From NCBI GenBank assembly GCA_964635325.1, contig CAZWOL010000049.1, positions 1 through 22,018 of the forward strand: a stretch of DNA of 22,018 nt, given 5' to 3'. This stretch comes from an uncultured Pseudobdellovibrionaceae bacterium (lineage in GTDB: Bacteria > Bdellovibrionota_B > Oligoflexia > Oligoflexales > Bog-1112). Shown one piece after another: positions 1-8,700 of the stretch. The notes below the pieces were generated by a model that saw nothing but the letters and a program-made list of their open reading frames with translations, did no database searches and was not told the DNA's origin. A program made the translations under genes and the position numbers. How positions within the stretch are numbered: the stretch's first letter is position 1; each line of letters opens with the position of its first letter.

Positions 1-72
1 GAGCGAATTCACGAGAAACTTGACGACCCAGAGTTGTCAAAGTTTTTTGTAGCGGAGTCGTCACATTGAACC

Positions 73-91
73 TCGATGATACTATCATCGA
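73..91. promoter_or_regulatory. 19-bp perfect palindrome TCGATGATA-C-TATCATCGA (candidate dimeric regulator operator) upstream of gap
   Basis: The nine-bp arms are perfectly complementary with a single centre base. A one-base centre leaves too little loop for an RNA hairpin, so a protein-binding site is more plausible. It sits ~210 bp upstream of the gap start. Confidence 0.3.
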
Positions 92-298
92 CTTCGCCTA
101 TGCCTTACAAAATCTCCATTTGATGAGAAGAAACAGGCAGGCCCGCCTGAACTTAGCACCATGTTGACATACACAAATAGCTACCTAGCAACGAGCATAT
201 CTTTTTTTCCGCGCTTCAAAAATTTTTCTCAATTTTGGAACGTTCTATGTTACTTTTTGACCTTTCAGAGTCAATTTACTGAGATGGAGGGGCCCAAG

Positions 299-1297
299 AT
301 GACGATAAAGATTGGTATTAATGGTTTTGGCCGAATTGGTCGCACCATACTCCGCGCAGCGTCTAAGCCAGAGTATCGCGATCTCGAATTTGTACACATC
401 AACGACATTACGGATACAGCGACACTCGCCCATCTTTTGAAACATGACAGCGTGCATGGAGGTTTTTCGGACGTTTCCCTGAAGAACGACCGACTGCACA
501 TCGGTGATCGCAGCCTCTCTATTTCTGCAAGTCGTTCACCTGCAGAAATCCCCTGGCGCGAAAAAGGTGTGGATCTGGTTATGGAATGTACTGGACTCTT
601 CAAAGATCGCAAAGAGTTCATGCCCCATATGCAGGCAGGTGCCAAAAAGGTACTGGTCTCTGCACCTGCACAAGGTGAGGACATCACCGTTGTGCTTGGA
701 GTGAATTCCAGAAATCTCAAAGCTGAGCACACTATCGTCTCCAACGGTAGCTGCACCACCAACTGCCTTGCCCCCATCTGCAAGGTGATCCACGAACGCT
801 TCGGTGTCGAGTCCGCTTTGATGAATACTGTGCACTCCTACACCAACGACCAACGTGTGCTAGACCTACCGCACAAGGATCTGCGTCGTGCACGTGCTGC
901 TGCAGTAAATATGATTCCAACCTCGACCGGTGCTGCAAAAGCAATTGGCTTGGTGATTCCAGAGCTTGCTGGCAAAATTGATGGCTTATCGATACGCGTC
1001 CCCACACCGAACGTATCGATCGTCGATGTTACCTTTAGGGTTTCTAAACGAACAACCGCTAAAGAAGTAAATGCAGCTCTCGAAGAAGCTGCTAAAGGCG
1101 AACTAAAAGGTGTGATGGGTTACTGTACAGACCCTCTCGTCTCCTCTGACTATATGGGCAATCCCTTGTCCAGCATCATCGATGCAGAGTTGACGAAGGT
1201 GATGGAAGGTACCTTGGTCAAAGTTCTTTCATGGTACGATAATGAGGCGGGTTTTAGCCATCGCATGCTCGATGTCGCTCGTCTGATGATGTCTTAA
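299..1297 (+). CDS. gap: glyceraldehyde-3-phosphate dehydrogenase (type I)
   Basis: Translation begins MTIKIGINGFGRIGR, a Rossmann NAD motif. The catalytic SNGSCTTNCLAP motif is present, and the C-terminal WYDNEAGFS is typical of GAPDH. A GGAGGGG Shine-Dalgarno at 286-292 precedes ATG 299. The six-frame ORF extends upstream to 161, but that part looks non-coding (Phe-rich, no homology). Confidence 0.93.
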   Translation: MTIKIGINGFGRIGRTILRAASKPEYRDLEFVHINDITDTATLAHLLKHDSVHGGFSDVSLKNDRLHIGDRSLSISASRSPAEIPWREKGVDLVMECTGLFKDRKEFMPHMQAGAKKVLVSAPAQGEDITVVLGVNSRNLKAEHTIVSNGSCTTNCLAPICKVIHERFGVESALMNTVHSYTNDQRVLDLPHKDLRRARAAAVNMIPTSTGAAKAIGLVIPELAGKIDGLSIRVPTPNVSIVDVTFRVSKRTTAKEVNAALEEAAKGELKGVMGYCTDPLVSSDYMGNPLSSIIDAELTKVMEGTLVKVLSWYDNEAGFSHRMLDVARLMMS

Positions 1298-1320
1298 CAC
1301 AGGTTCTAAGGAATTTTTTT

Positions 1321-1728
1321 ATGCGTCCTAAAGAAGAAAAACAAGCTACCCTTGGTCGCAAAGAGGTGCTTGAGCTACTTGCTGAATCTAAAGATCTGCG
1401 AGGGCTTGATATTCGCAAAGCCAATCTTGTAAAAGTCGACTTCAGTGGTTGTGACTTGCGCGAGTGCAACTTTTCCTATGCGAATTTAAAAGATGCAATT
1501 TTTAAGGGCGCCGACATGCGCGACTGCTCGCTATGGAATGCGAATTTGGAGGGTGCCGATTTTTCCGAATCCGATCTCGAAGGTGCGGATCTCGACTACT
1601 CCAAAATGCGAGGAGCAACGCTGTACAAAGCCAACTTGCGTAGAGCCACACTGCCTACTGAGTTGGTACCTCGTGAAGACATAGTACGCTCCGTCGAGAC
1701 CGGATGCAAAGTTGGTAAGTCGTACTGA
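1321..1728 (+). CDS. pentapeptide-repeat protein (Qnr/MfpA-like fold)
   Basis: The protein has consecutive A(D/N)LxxA pentapeptides: ANLVKVDFSGCDLRECNFSYANLKDAIFKGADMRDCSLWNANLEGADFSESDLEGADL. An AAGGAA Shine-Dalgarno sits 8 nt before the ATG. The gene lies 23 bp after the gap stop and is probably co-transcribed with it. Confidence 0.85.
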   Translation: MRPKEEKQATLGRKEVLELLAESKDLRGLDIRKANLVKVDFSGCDLRECNFSYANLKDAIFKGADMRDCSLWNANLEGADFSESDLEGADLDYSKMRGATLYKANLRRATLPTELVPREDIVRSVETGCKVGKSY

Positions 1729-1737
1729 CCGGTCAGT
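1724..1737. promoter_or_regulatory. 14-bp perfect palindrome ACTGACC/GGTCAGT overlapping stop codon of pentapeptide-repeat gene
   Basis: The palindrome is perfect and loopless. The TGA stop at 1726-1728 lies inside it. A weaker inverted repeat, GCTAT-N10-ATAGC, follows at 1739-1758. Confidence 0.25.
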
Positions 1738-1906
1738 GCTATTGATCACTGCATAGCTAATCTCATCTTACAAATTGGCTAAGCAGGCTCCATCGTGCGG
1801 CTCGCGGCTGACAAGTTGAAGTGATTATTGAAGCAGAGATCCATAGTCGAGAGGTCCCCCATGACGACACCTCGTCCATACTAAAATCCCAAGCAGAGGT
1901 CCTTGT

Positions 1907-2584
1907 ATGCAACATAATAAAACGCTAGCTATCTCTACGTTTACTGTCGGTAGACTCGGATGCAACTGCTCCATTCTTTATTCTCCACAGACACGTGAGG
2001 CCATTGCGATCGACCCAGGTAATGATGCCCAAGCTTTCTTGAGTCACGTGCAAGAGTTGGATGTGCAGGTCAAATTTCTTTTGCACACGCACGCCCACTA
2101 CGATCACATCGGGCAGGCCGATACCATCCGTCAGGAACTTGGAACACCCATCCACCTGCACAAGGATGATGTGTTTCTCTACAATGCACTCCTACAGCAA
2201 GGTGCGTTCTTTGGAGAAAAAGTAGCAAGACCTGGAGGCATCGACCACTACATTGAGGATGAAGAAGAATTTTCGCTCAATGTTGGGGCAGTCTCTGATC
2301 CGCAACTACGTAAAGTAGTTCAGTCGATCCATACACCTGGGCACACTCCGGGTTCGTGCAGTTTTTTATGCACAGCCTTTGATGAGCCACTCCTCTTTAG
2401 CGGGGATACACTCTTCGCAAATTCGATCGGACGTACCGATTTGCCAGGAGGAGATTCTGAACAAATACTCACGTCCATCAAACGTCGTTTACTAACACTC
2501 GAGCCCGAGACAAAGGTTATTCCAGGACACGGGCCGATGACATCCATCTATCACGAGAGCCGACACAATCGTTTTCTCACCTAG
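1907..2584 (+). CDS. MBL-fold metallo-hydrolase, hydroxyacylglutathione hydrolase (GloB)-like
   Basis: The HxHxDH metal motif appears as LLHTHAHYDHIG. Downstream His/Asp ligands are present (HTPGHTPGS, GDTLF, PGHG). The domain spans about 225 aa. Confidence 0.85.
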   Translation: MQHNKTLAISTFTVGRLGCNCSILYSPQTREAIAIDPGNDAQAFLSHVQELDVQVKFLLHTHAHYDHIGQADTIRQELGTPIHLHKDDVFLYNALLQQGAFFGEKVARPGGIDHYIEDEEEFSLNVGAVSDPQLRKVVQSIHTPGHTPGSCSFLCTAFDEPLLFSGDTLFANSIGRTDLPGGDSEQILTSIKRRLLTLEPETKVIPGHGPMTSIYHESRHNRFLT

Positions 2585-2593
2585 GATTTTTTC

Positions 2594-3157
2594 ATGGCAA
2601 AATTGCACTTTTATTATTCTGCAATGAATGCAGGCAAGAGCACTGTATTGTTACAAGCCAACTACAACTATAACGAACGCAAGATGCAAACCCTTGTCCT
2701 GATGCCTGATCTGGATACTCGCAGTGGTATCGGATATGTGCGCTCACGCATTGGTTTAGAAACCGAAGCCATTCCATTTTCGCGGACTATGGATATCTTT
2801 GAGTGTGTTGCCCAGGAAAAGCAAAAGCGTAAGCTTGCCTGCGTACTGATCGACGAAGCTCATTTTCTGATGCGCAGTCAGGTCTACCAGCTGTGTCGCA
2901 TCTGCGATGAACTGAACATTCCGGTACTCACATACGGACTGCGTACCGACTTTCGCAGCGAACCATTTGAGGGGAGTCAGTATTTGCTAGCACTTGCGGA
3001 CCAATTGATCGAGATCAAGACAGTCTGTCACTGTGGCAAGAAAGCGACGATGAACATGCGTATCGATGCGGACGGAAAAAAAGTTCATGATGGGCAGCAA
3101 GTCGAGATCGGAGGCAACGATCGCTACATAGCAACCTGCCGCAAACATTTTTTCTAA
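2594..3157 (+). CDS. tdk: thymidine kinase
   Basis: The protein has a P-loop (YSAMNAGKST) and a Walker B (VLIDEAHF). The C-terminal zinc ribbon is CHCGKKA...CRKHF. Length is 187 aa. The start lies 9 bp after the MBL gene. Confidence 0.9.
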   Translation: MAKLHFYYSAMNAGKSTVLLQANYNYNERKMQTLVLMPDLDTRSGIGYVRSRIGLETEAIPFSRTMDIFECVAQEKQKRKLACVLIDEAHFLMRSQVYQLCRICDELNIPVLTYGLRTDFRSEPFEGSQYLLALADQLIEIKTVCHCGKKATMNMRIDADGKKVHDGQQVEIGGNDRYIATCRKHFF

Positions 3158-3181
3158 GTGCATCGAATCCACTGCTTAGCC

Positions 3182-3745
3182 TCAGTAAGAAGAGTGATAG
3201 TATCCTTGCGCCGTTCTGGCAACACCTACAGAGCATCCCGTGGTCAATGCAAGTCCAACAGCAATCCACAAGCCTGCATAGATCTGTTGGGCAACATCTT
3301 TTGATTGCAGAGCTGTCGCGCACGATAGCACCGTAACGACGGCACCGATTGCGACCCCCACAGAGAAGCCAGCGATAGCTCCCTTGTCTACAGGATTATC
3401 AGCATTTTGCTTAGCCTCATTTTTTAAGCTACTCGATTGCGTTAGAGAGTTATTAGATGCTGCTTGCGGCACCACAGTTGTGCTCGTCCCACCTTGGTCG
3501 CCACTGCGATTTCTGCCTTCGCGAGTGCGATTGAGTCGGTCCCGTAGACGATTTCTACCGCTGACTGTAATGTTGGCATCCACATGCGTTTCATTTACAT
3601 CAACTACAGTTGCATTAGCAACTTCATCAACAAAAGTACTGTTGTCGAATACCAATTCATTTGTGAGATTTTGTGCAAGCAGGCTGTGAGGTGCAAGCAA
3701 AGCGAGAACACTAAGAGCAGACACAATGGATGTACGCAACTTCAT
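3182..3745 (-). CDS. secreted/membrane glycine-zipper (Gly-zipper_2TM, SlyB/Pcp-like) protein with an N/S/T- and Arg-rich low-complexity N-region
   Basis: A signal peptide (MKLRTSIVSALSVLALLAPHSLLAQ) is followed by a hydrophilic region with many N-x-S/T triplets. Next comes the Arg-rich stretch RNRLRDRLNRTREGRNR. The C-terminus has two hydrophobic Gly-zipper helices: GAIAGFSVGVAIGAVVTVL and GLWIAVGLALTTGCSVGVA. Confidence 0.6.
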   Translation of the reverse strand: MKLRTSIVSALSVLALLAPHSLLAQNLTNELVFDNSTFVDEVANATVVDVNETHVDANITVSGRNRLRDRLNRTREGRNRSGDQGGTSTTVVPQAASNNSLTQSSSLKNEAKQNADNPVDKGAIAGFSVGVAIGAVVTVLSCATALQSKDVAQQIYAGLWIAVGLALTTGCSVGVARTAQGYYHSSY

Positions 3746-3993
3746 TTTTAGATCCTAAAGAAGTAAGACAGATAACCACTGCTCTGCTTATAAATGATCA
3801 TTTATGAAAAACTGACGAGAGCTAACATGCAGGGCAAGAGTCAATGGAACGCACACCATGTCCATTGCAAAATCTCATCGTCAGCAAAAGAGGCTTCACT
3901 TTCGTAACTATTGATTCCCGCTTAGGCACATAATCTTCTTGGTTTTGCATATCTATTTAGGTTACCTTCTGGGATTTCTAAAAAGGAAGAGCG

Positions 3994-4332
3994 ATGAACA
4001 ATAAAATGGGAATGGACGTCTTTGTTGCGTTCCAAGTTATTCCAAGGTCCAGGAACGCTAATAATTTCGAGATTGTGGATAAAGCCATCGAAGTAGTCAA
4101 GAACTCAGGAGTTCCTTACCAAGTTAGCGCAATGGAAACGACGATGATGGGGGATCTCGATCACCTCCTTGCTATTGTCAAGGAAGCCCAGCAACGCTGT
4201 ATCGAGTGCGGGGCTGTCGAGGTGATCACAAACATAAAAATTCATAACAGAACTTCAGAAGCTACAGATAGCTTCTGCACCTACGATCGAGGAGTGACTG
4301 CTAGCAACAGCGTTTTTTTAAAATCGAACTGA
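3994..4332 (+). CDS. UPF0045 (MTH1187/YkoF-like, thiamine/HMP-binding fold) protein
   Basis: The motif VIPRS...VVKNSGVPYQVSAMETTMMGDLDHLLAIVKEA...VEVITNIKI matches the YqgV/MTH1187 family pattern (IPLG...SGLKYQVTPMGT..EGDLDE...VTTIKID). The true start is more likely ATG 4006 or 4012, with an AAGGAAGAG Shine-Dalgarno at 3983-3991. The 3' end overlaps the hflX 3' end convergently. Confidence 0.7.
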   Translation: MNNKMGMDVFVAFQVIPRSRNANNFEIVDKAIEVVKNSGVPYQVSAMETTMMGDLDHLLAIVKEAQQRCIECGAVEVITNIKIHNRTSEATDSFCTYDRGVTASNSVFLKSN

Positions 4333-5676
4333 TTTGAAGCTATCGACCATTGAGGAAAGAGCTCGAATGCGCATGTGCACACCATCTTCTGCAAAATCTT
4401 CGCTCAAAACTTTAGCATTGCGATGGACTTCGGCACGCAGATCATTGCGATCGTAGGCGATCACGATCTCTGCTTCGATCATATCTTTCTCAAAGTGTGC
4501 GATGAGTACATTGCGTAATTTTGCAACATCTTCTTTTGAACGCGCAGACATTGCAACAGCATCAGGAAACTCGTCTTGCAATGCATTGCGTGTAGGCTCG
4601 TCCACACAGTCGATCTTATTCAAAATAAGCAGGCTTGGGGTTGCATCCAGATCGAGCTTGAGCTCCGTCAAAACCCGACGAGTTGTCTCGAGTTGCGAAC
4701 GAAAGGTCGGATCCGCAGCATCGACAACGAAAATAAGCAAAGAAGCATCTGCAGCCTCATCCAAGGTCGAACGAAAGGATGCAACCAAGTCGTGAGGGAG
4801 CTTCTTGATAAATCCGACTGTATCTGATACCAATATACGAGGTAGCGTTTCGGGTTGCATAGCACGTATTGTTGTATCGAGAGTTGCAAAGAGTTTATCT
4901 TCGACAAGAACGTCACTCCCGGTAAGAGCTCGCATCAACGAAGACTTGCCTGCATTCGTGTACCCAACCAAGGCAACCTTAGCTTGGTCCCTGCGACGCT
5001 GTCTGCGTCCTTGTTGGTTTTTATGAATATCTTCGAGCTCATCTTTTAATTCTGCAATGCGATCGCGTATGCGGCGCTTGTCAAGTTCGTGAGCTGTTTC
5101 CCCAATCCCTTTCGCACCGATCCCTCCACCCTGACGATCTTGTCCGACACGATTCATCCGCAAGCGTGGGCTCAAATAGCGTAGTCGAGCGATATCAACC
5201 TGAATGCGGGCCTCACGTGTACGAGCATGTCGGTGAAAAATCTCGATGATCACCCCAGTGCGATCCATGACTTGAGCACCGGTTGCCATCTCAAGATTGC
5301 GCAACTGTGTTGGACTTAGCTCATCATCAAATACGACGGTATCTGCTTTTGGCTCAGCATCTTCATCATCAGACTCTTCAACTTCAGGGGCAGCTTCAAC
5401 AACTTTGTTCTTGCGACGTGGGGCCTGTGCCATAGACTCGATTTTGCCACTGCCTCCGGTGCGTCTACATAGCTCCTGTAGCTTGCCCTCACCAAGAATT
5501 GTTGAATTCTCGGCAATCGAACGTTTCTGCGACAAAGTCCCCACCACCTCAAAGCCAAGGGTAGTGACCAGGCGCCCTAATTCGCTGAGAGAGGCATTGT
5601 GATCCTCCAAGCTAACATTCGGTAATTGCAGGCCAACTAAGATGGTTTTCGGGGGGGTTGTTTGATTATGATGCAA
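4318..5676 (-). CDS. hflX: GTPase HflX
   Basis: An HflX N-domain is present, and DELSPTQLRNLE...VMDRTGVIIEIF matches the HflX linker region. The G1 motif is GYTNAGKSSL, G3 is DTVGF and G4 is NKID. A Lys/Arg-rich coiled segment (RRQRRRDQAKV) precedes G1. The protein carries an acidic insertion (see findings). Confidence 0.9.
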   Translation of the reverse strand: MHHNQTTPPKTILVGLQLPNVSLEDHNASLSELGRLVTTLGFEVVGTLSQKRSIAENSTILGEGKLQELCRRTGGSGKIESMAQAPRRKNKVVEAAPEVEESDDEDAEPKADTVVFDDELSPTQLRNLEMATGAQVMDRTGVIIEIFHRHARTREARIQVDIARLRYLSPRLRMNRVGQDRQGGGIGAKGIGETAHELDKRRIRDRIAELKDELEDIHKNQQGRRQRRRDQAKVALVGYTNAGKSSLMRALTGSDVLVEDKLFATLDTTIRAMQPETLPRILVSDTVGFIKKLPHDLVASFRSTLDEAADASLLIFVVDAADPTFRSQLETTRRVLTELKLDLDATPSLLILNKIDCVDEPTRNALQDEFPDAVAMSARSKEDVAKLRNVLIAHFEKDMIEAEIVIAYDRNDLRAEVHRNAKVLSEDFAEDGVHMRIRALSSMVDSFKSVRF

Positions 5677-5782
5677 GCTAAACTCCAGTATAGAAAGGTC
5701 TTCACGTCCGAATTTATAAACTAAGCAAGCCTTTTCAGCAACTGCTGCTTAATTCAAGCCTATTGCCGCAGTACCGATACGA

Positions 5783-8700
5783 ATGAATCAGGATTCACTT
5801 GGAGTCGATCATAAAATGAGACAAATACAAACACTCATTTACGCATCTTTGCTGCTTGTCTGTTCTTCATCCTGCAAAACACCAGCTCCCAAAATAAATA
5901 AGCGCAACAATTTAACTCCAACATCGGCTCCAACGAACGAAAAAAAAGTACCGAATCACGCTGCAAGCGCAGTGCTCTTCAAAGATATGGATAGTAGAGG
6001 GTCTTATGTTGAAGGAACTTTGAAAATCGGCAAAGCTTTTGACGAAAGCGACATAACTCACTACGTTCTTTACTGGGGAAAATCCGCATCAGAAAAAGTT
6101 CCGAACCTAGTCCCGCTTGCTAAAGTTGACAAGACAGGAGCGAATTTAAAAGTTAGCATCGCTAAAGACACCCAAATCCCCAATACAGCAAGCCATCTTA
6201 TTGTTCTCACAGGGAATGAAAATGGCGAAATGGCCAAAGGAGTTAGCACTAAGATTCACGATTTAGGTATCCCGTTAAACGCTGCACTGAGCTTGAATTT
6301 TCACAAAACAGAAGTTACTGAAAGCCATATTCAAGGAACCCTCACGATAGATCGGGCAATGGATGAAAGTGATCTGAATGCCTATGTGATTTACTGGGGT
6401 AAGTCTACAACCCAAAAACTTTCTCCCACACCTTTGGCCACTTTAAAGAAAGGCGAGGCAAAACTCACCTTTGACCTCGATATGAGTCGCCCCAAGGGGG
6501 CCGTCTATTTTTTGGTATTTGCAAAGAATGATGATGGTGAATCAGAGCGGAGTATAAGCACTCCCATTATCACAGACGGGATACCAACAATCGATATAAT
6601 CAATGCAAAATTTCAAGAGAATGATCCCAATCCAAACACAATTGGAGGAACGATCACATTCGACAAACCCTCAGATTCAACTGAAGTTGTCATTTATTGG
6701 CACAACTCTGGAGACAAAAGTCAAAGTGCTTTCGCAGAAACAAAAACTGGTGAATACAACATTCCTCAATCAACCCAGATACCAGAAGGAATGACGCATT
6801 TCTTGCTTGTTAGCAAAAACAAGATGGGTGAGAGCCTTAGCGGACAACTGATACCGATTATCAAAAGACTTGTTCCTAAAGAAGTTGGGACTGCATCGAT
6901 TAGTAAAAACGACTCGACCAATTTTCAATCATTATCTGCGATACTCACTTTGAATACACCCAATAGTTCAACAATTCAGCAATTTCACTTGTATTGGGGA
7001 CAATCGGAAACGCAAAAACTTCAAGACACACCTTTCCAAACCTATCAAGCAGACACTCCATCAATCCAGCATAGCTTTAATGAAACAACTTTAGCAGAAG
7101 ATGCGAGCCATATTTTAATTTACTCTGCAAACGAATTTGGTGAGAGCCAAACACCAGTCGCAGTAGAAATACCATACAATCTTGAATTACGTCCTAAAAG
7201 TATTGCAAAAAAAATTGAATTTAAAGATACGAATTACAAAACCCAGCATATAAGCGGACAACTCAGCATAGAGAGAGCAGACAACGAAAAGGACCTCACT
7301 GACTATGTCGTGTATTGGGCCAAGGGTGAAGCTAAGGGGGGCTTCATCGTAAAAATCCCCAAAGGAAAAACATCAGACCCCTTGCATATTGACTTTGAGA
7401 GTACAAAAATCCCAGACGATTCTACAGGGTTTTTGGTCTACACAAGCTATCACGGACAAGAGTCTATCGACAAAGCAACGCTTGATGGCATTGATGACGC
7501 ACCCAAAATTGCTAGCCTTGAGTTTACAGATGAATACACAGGTCTAATGCGTCTAGGTGGCGAATTGAAAATCACCCCTCCCCAATTGGATCTCAATTCA
7601 AGCAAGCAGGAGATTTTTAAAAACTCTTTCAAGTCCTATGAAATTTATCTCTATGCTCCTCATAAGAATAAAGAAGCAAAAACAGAAAACTGGATCCGTC
7701 TGAGCTCATTGAAAAATAGGGACAATCCTACCATTAGCTTAGATCAAGAACTCCCAAAAGAAGCCATATCAAACAATGAAATAAAGTTTAAGGTGACCAT
7801 TAAAGACAAGGAAGACTTTGAAGGTCCCGCCTTTGAAAGGACGTTTGAAAAAAAGATCCCACACGTTGCATATGCCTGGTTGCAACTTGGACTTAGCAAG
7901 GATAATCCAACTCAAATCACAGATGATGTCCCCGCAGTCGACAACTACGATTTACGCGTCATCTCAACAGACGGCTCTTGTCCCGAAGCCATTATAGGAA
8001 AAAATATAGAAACAATGAAATTGAGAGCGGGAAACAATCTATCCCAAGATTTTAAAGTCACAACTTGCCAGCTTAAAATTTCTAATCCCAATGAGAAAAT
8101 AAAGATATTGGTTGGTGATCAGACACTCACAGCTCAGCCTTTTTCATCACTCACATCTCTACAAATTGTCGGAGATACTGGATGTGGGCCCGAATGCCTG
8201 TCCAGGAACGAATTCATTGTTGTTTCTACACGAATGCGTAATCAGAACAATCAGCTTGTCATTCACCAAGGAAACTATGTCTACCAAGAAACGTCTGATA
8301 GCTGGGCAAACTGGGAAGAAGAGTTTTTTAAGCCTGCAAAAGATCTTCTCTCAGAAGCTCCTTGGGTCTTTGTACGTGGCAATCGTGAGGACTGCAAAGG
8401 AGCTTATCATGGATTCATACGTTTTCTAGATGTATGGGACTACACAGCACAAAGTCAAAAATGCAAAGAAGTTTCTCATCCCTTCAAATTTGAAAGGACT
8501 GGTGGTACATTTTACATTGCAGATTCATCTGCAGTGCCATCGCATGAGACTTCAAGTGCAGAACAAAAGCAGGGTCTTATTGATGGCCTAAGCAAAACCT
8601 TCAAAGCCATTGATTCAGATGCATCTTCGTCAAATTCAAAATTTTTACTCACAAGCAGCCCGATATGGGCATGCGAACCACAACTTGTCAGCCCCTCAGA

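Noticed and set aside
1-69. Open frame running off the left edge and ending TGA at 67-69 (…ERIHEKLDDPELSKFFVAESSH*)
   Set aside because: It is only 22 codons. A second frame is equally open, and there is no recognisable motif. It cannot be supported as a CDS end.
161-298. Upstream extension of the gap ORF (MLTYTNSYLATSISFFPRFKNF...)
   Set aside because: It is Phe/Ser-rich with no GAPDH homology. The conserved N-terminus MTIKIGINGFGRIGR starts at 299 with a good Shine-Dalgarno, so the extension is 5'-UTR.
271-1007. Antisense ORFs of 84-170 aa inside gap (271..783, 536..853, 732..1007 minus)
   Set aside because: They lie entirely within a highly conserved gene on the opposite strand. Their composition is typical of shadow ORFs.
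3746-3993. Possible TPP (THI-box) riboswitch upstream of the YkoF-like UPF0045 gene
   Set aside because: I looked for the conserved CTGAGA / ACCTGATCTGGATAATGCCAGCG elements and did not find them. Only an unrelated CTGACGAGAGC is present.
5783-5815. ATG 5783 as start of paralog 1 (MNQDSLGVDHK-)
   Set aside because: It is not excluded. However, the charged 11-aa prefix before the signal peptide and the GGAG 12 nt before ATG 5816 favour the downstream start. The upstream coordinates are kept as the conservative span.
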